Shown: one piece after another, positions 63,174 to 64,000 of the stretch | How positions within the stretch are numbered: position 1 is the stretch's first letter | Layout of the letters: the number at the start of each line of letters is the position of its first letter | Assembly: GCF_001194135.2 (NCBI RefSeq) | Contig: NC_068989.1 | Location: forward strand, 50,450,901 to 50,514,900 | DNA length: 64,000 bases | Origin: Octopus bimaculoides | Taxonomy: Eukaryota | Direction of reading: 5' to 3' | The notes under the pieces: generated by a model | Told to the model about the DNA's origin: nothing | Databases searched by the model: none | What the model saw: the letters and a program-made list of their open reading frames with translations, nothing else | Program-made: the position numbers and the translations under genes

Positions 63174-63950
63174 TTTCATTCATTGGCTCTATTGCGTATT
63201 TTGTGGTTACTTGCACTTTTAAATGAAATGAAAAAATTTTAATAAACCATCTAAATCTGCATGACTGGATCTCTCTTAATTTATAACCAACAAGAAATAT
63301 ATACTAGATTTCATCAAAAGGAAACGTAGGCGATTAACATATCTCCACTTCACACAAAACCCTAATTACCACTTCACGCAAACCCACATTCTCAAAGATG
63401 ATGTTAACTCAACAGAGACTCCATAAAAGCCAAATCAACTCTAATGCATCGCAGTGCGACTACCTGGCTGAAACTTCGAAATCACTGTCAACAACATTCT
63501 TGCTTAAGAATAATAAATTTGTACTCTACAAATGCATGGACTAGCCCCTCTGTGTTTCTCTCTCTACATATCAATCAATATATAAAATATTATATATATC
63601 TGTGTGTACAAATGGACAATCCACGAACTATAACTTAAATTCTATACTTGAATGCTAGCAGCACATTCTATTTAAAATGACTTATTGTATAAAACACGTC
63701 TTCCTCATTTAATAAATTATAACATATCAAAACAAGTATGTATTTTCAACGTACAATAAAATTGTTAAACACGTCTAATCCTTATTCGACAAACGCAACG
63801 ACCCGTTGCCTATTATTTTAAAAGAAAAAGCGAAAAGGGAAGTATACTAGCACCTCATTCCCTTCAATGTATATAGCAAAAATGCCAAACAGGGAGTAAA
63901 ACTTATAATAATACACAAACACACACATACACATACACATACGCGCACGC

Positions 63951-64000
<50 letters not shown>

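Noticed and set aside
1-64000. CRISPR arrays, operons, prokaryotic defence systems
   Set aside because: There are no regularly spaced repeat-spacer units and no gene-dense coding; the sequence is eukaryotic repeat-rich DNA.

Overview
This is eukaryotic, AT-rich, microsatellite-dense scaffold sequence with many N-gaps. The repeat content resembles an octopus or other coleoid cephalopod short-read assembly; that taxon call is inferred from recognised SINE and LINE types. No intact host gene, rRNA, true tRNA or CRISPR array can be supported. Almost all coding-like signal is decayed transposon. The window holds about nine + strand pieces of RLE-endonuclease (R4/Dong-like) non-LTR retrotransposons, most next to (AAT)n/(TAC)n tracts. 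It also holds a 5'-truncated RTE LINE inserted with a 12-bp TSD into a Tc1 element, a near-full-length decayed Helitron, a small Helitron with both termini, several Tc1/mariner remnants, and Penelope, Chapaev3 and probable Gypsy fragments. At least four SINE families are present. The two most unusual items are: (i) a ~450-bp internally deleted R4/Dong-like mini-element carrying a tandem, hairpin-forming 5' motif that recurs in a different context at 19.0 kb (candidate structured RNA or ribozyme; SIDE-like element); and (ii) an APE-type LINE whose ORF1 joins a Myb/SANT-like domain to tandem CCCH-like zinc fingers. Element boundaries are read by eye and are approximate unless a TSD or terminal motif is quoted.
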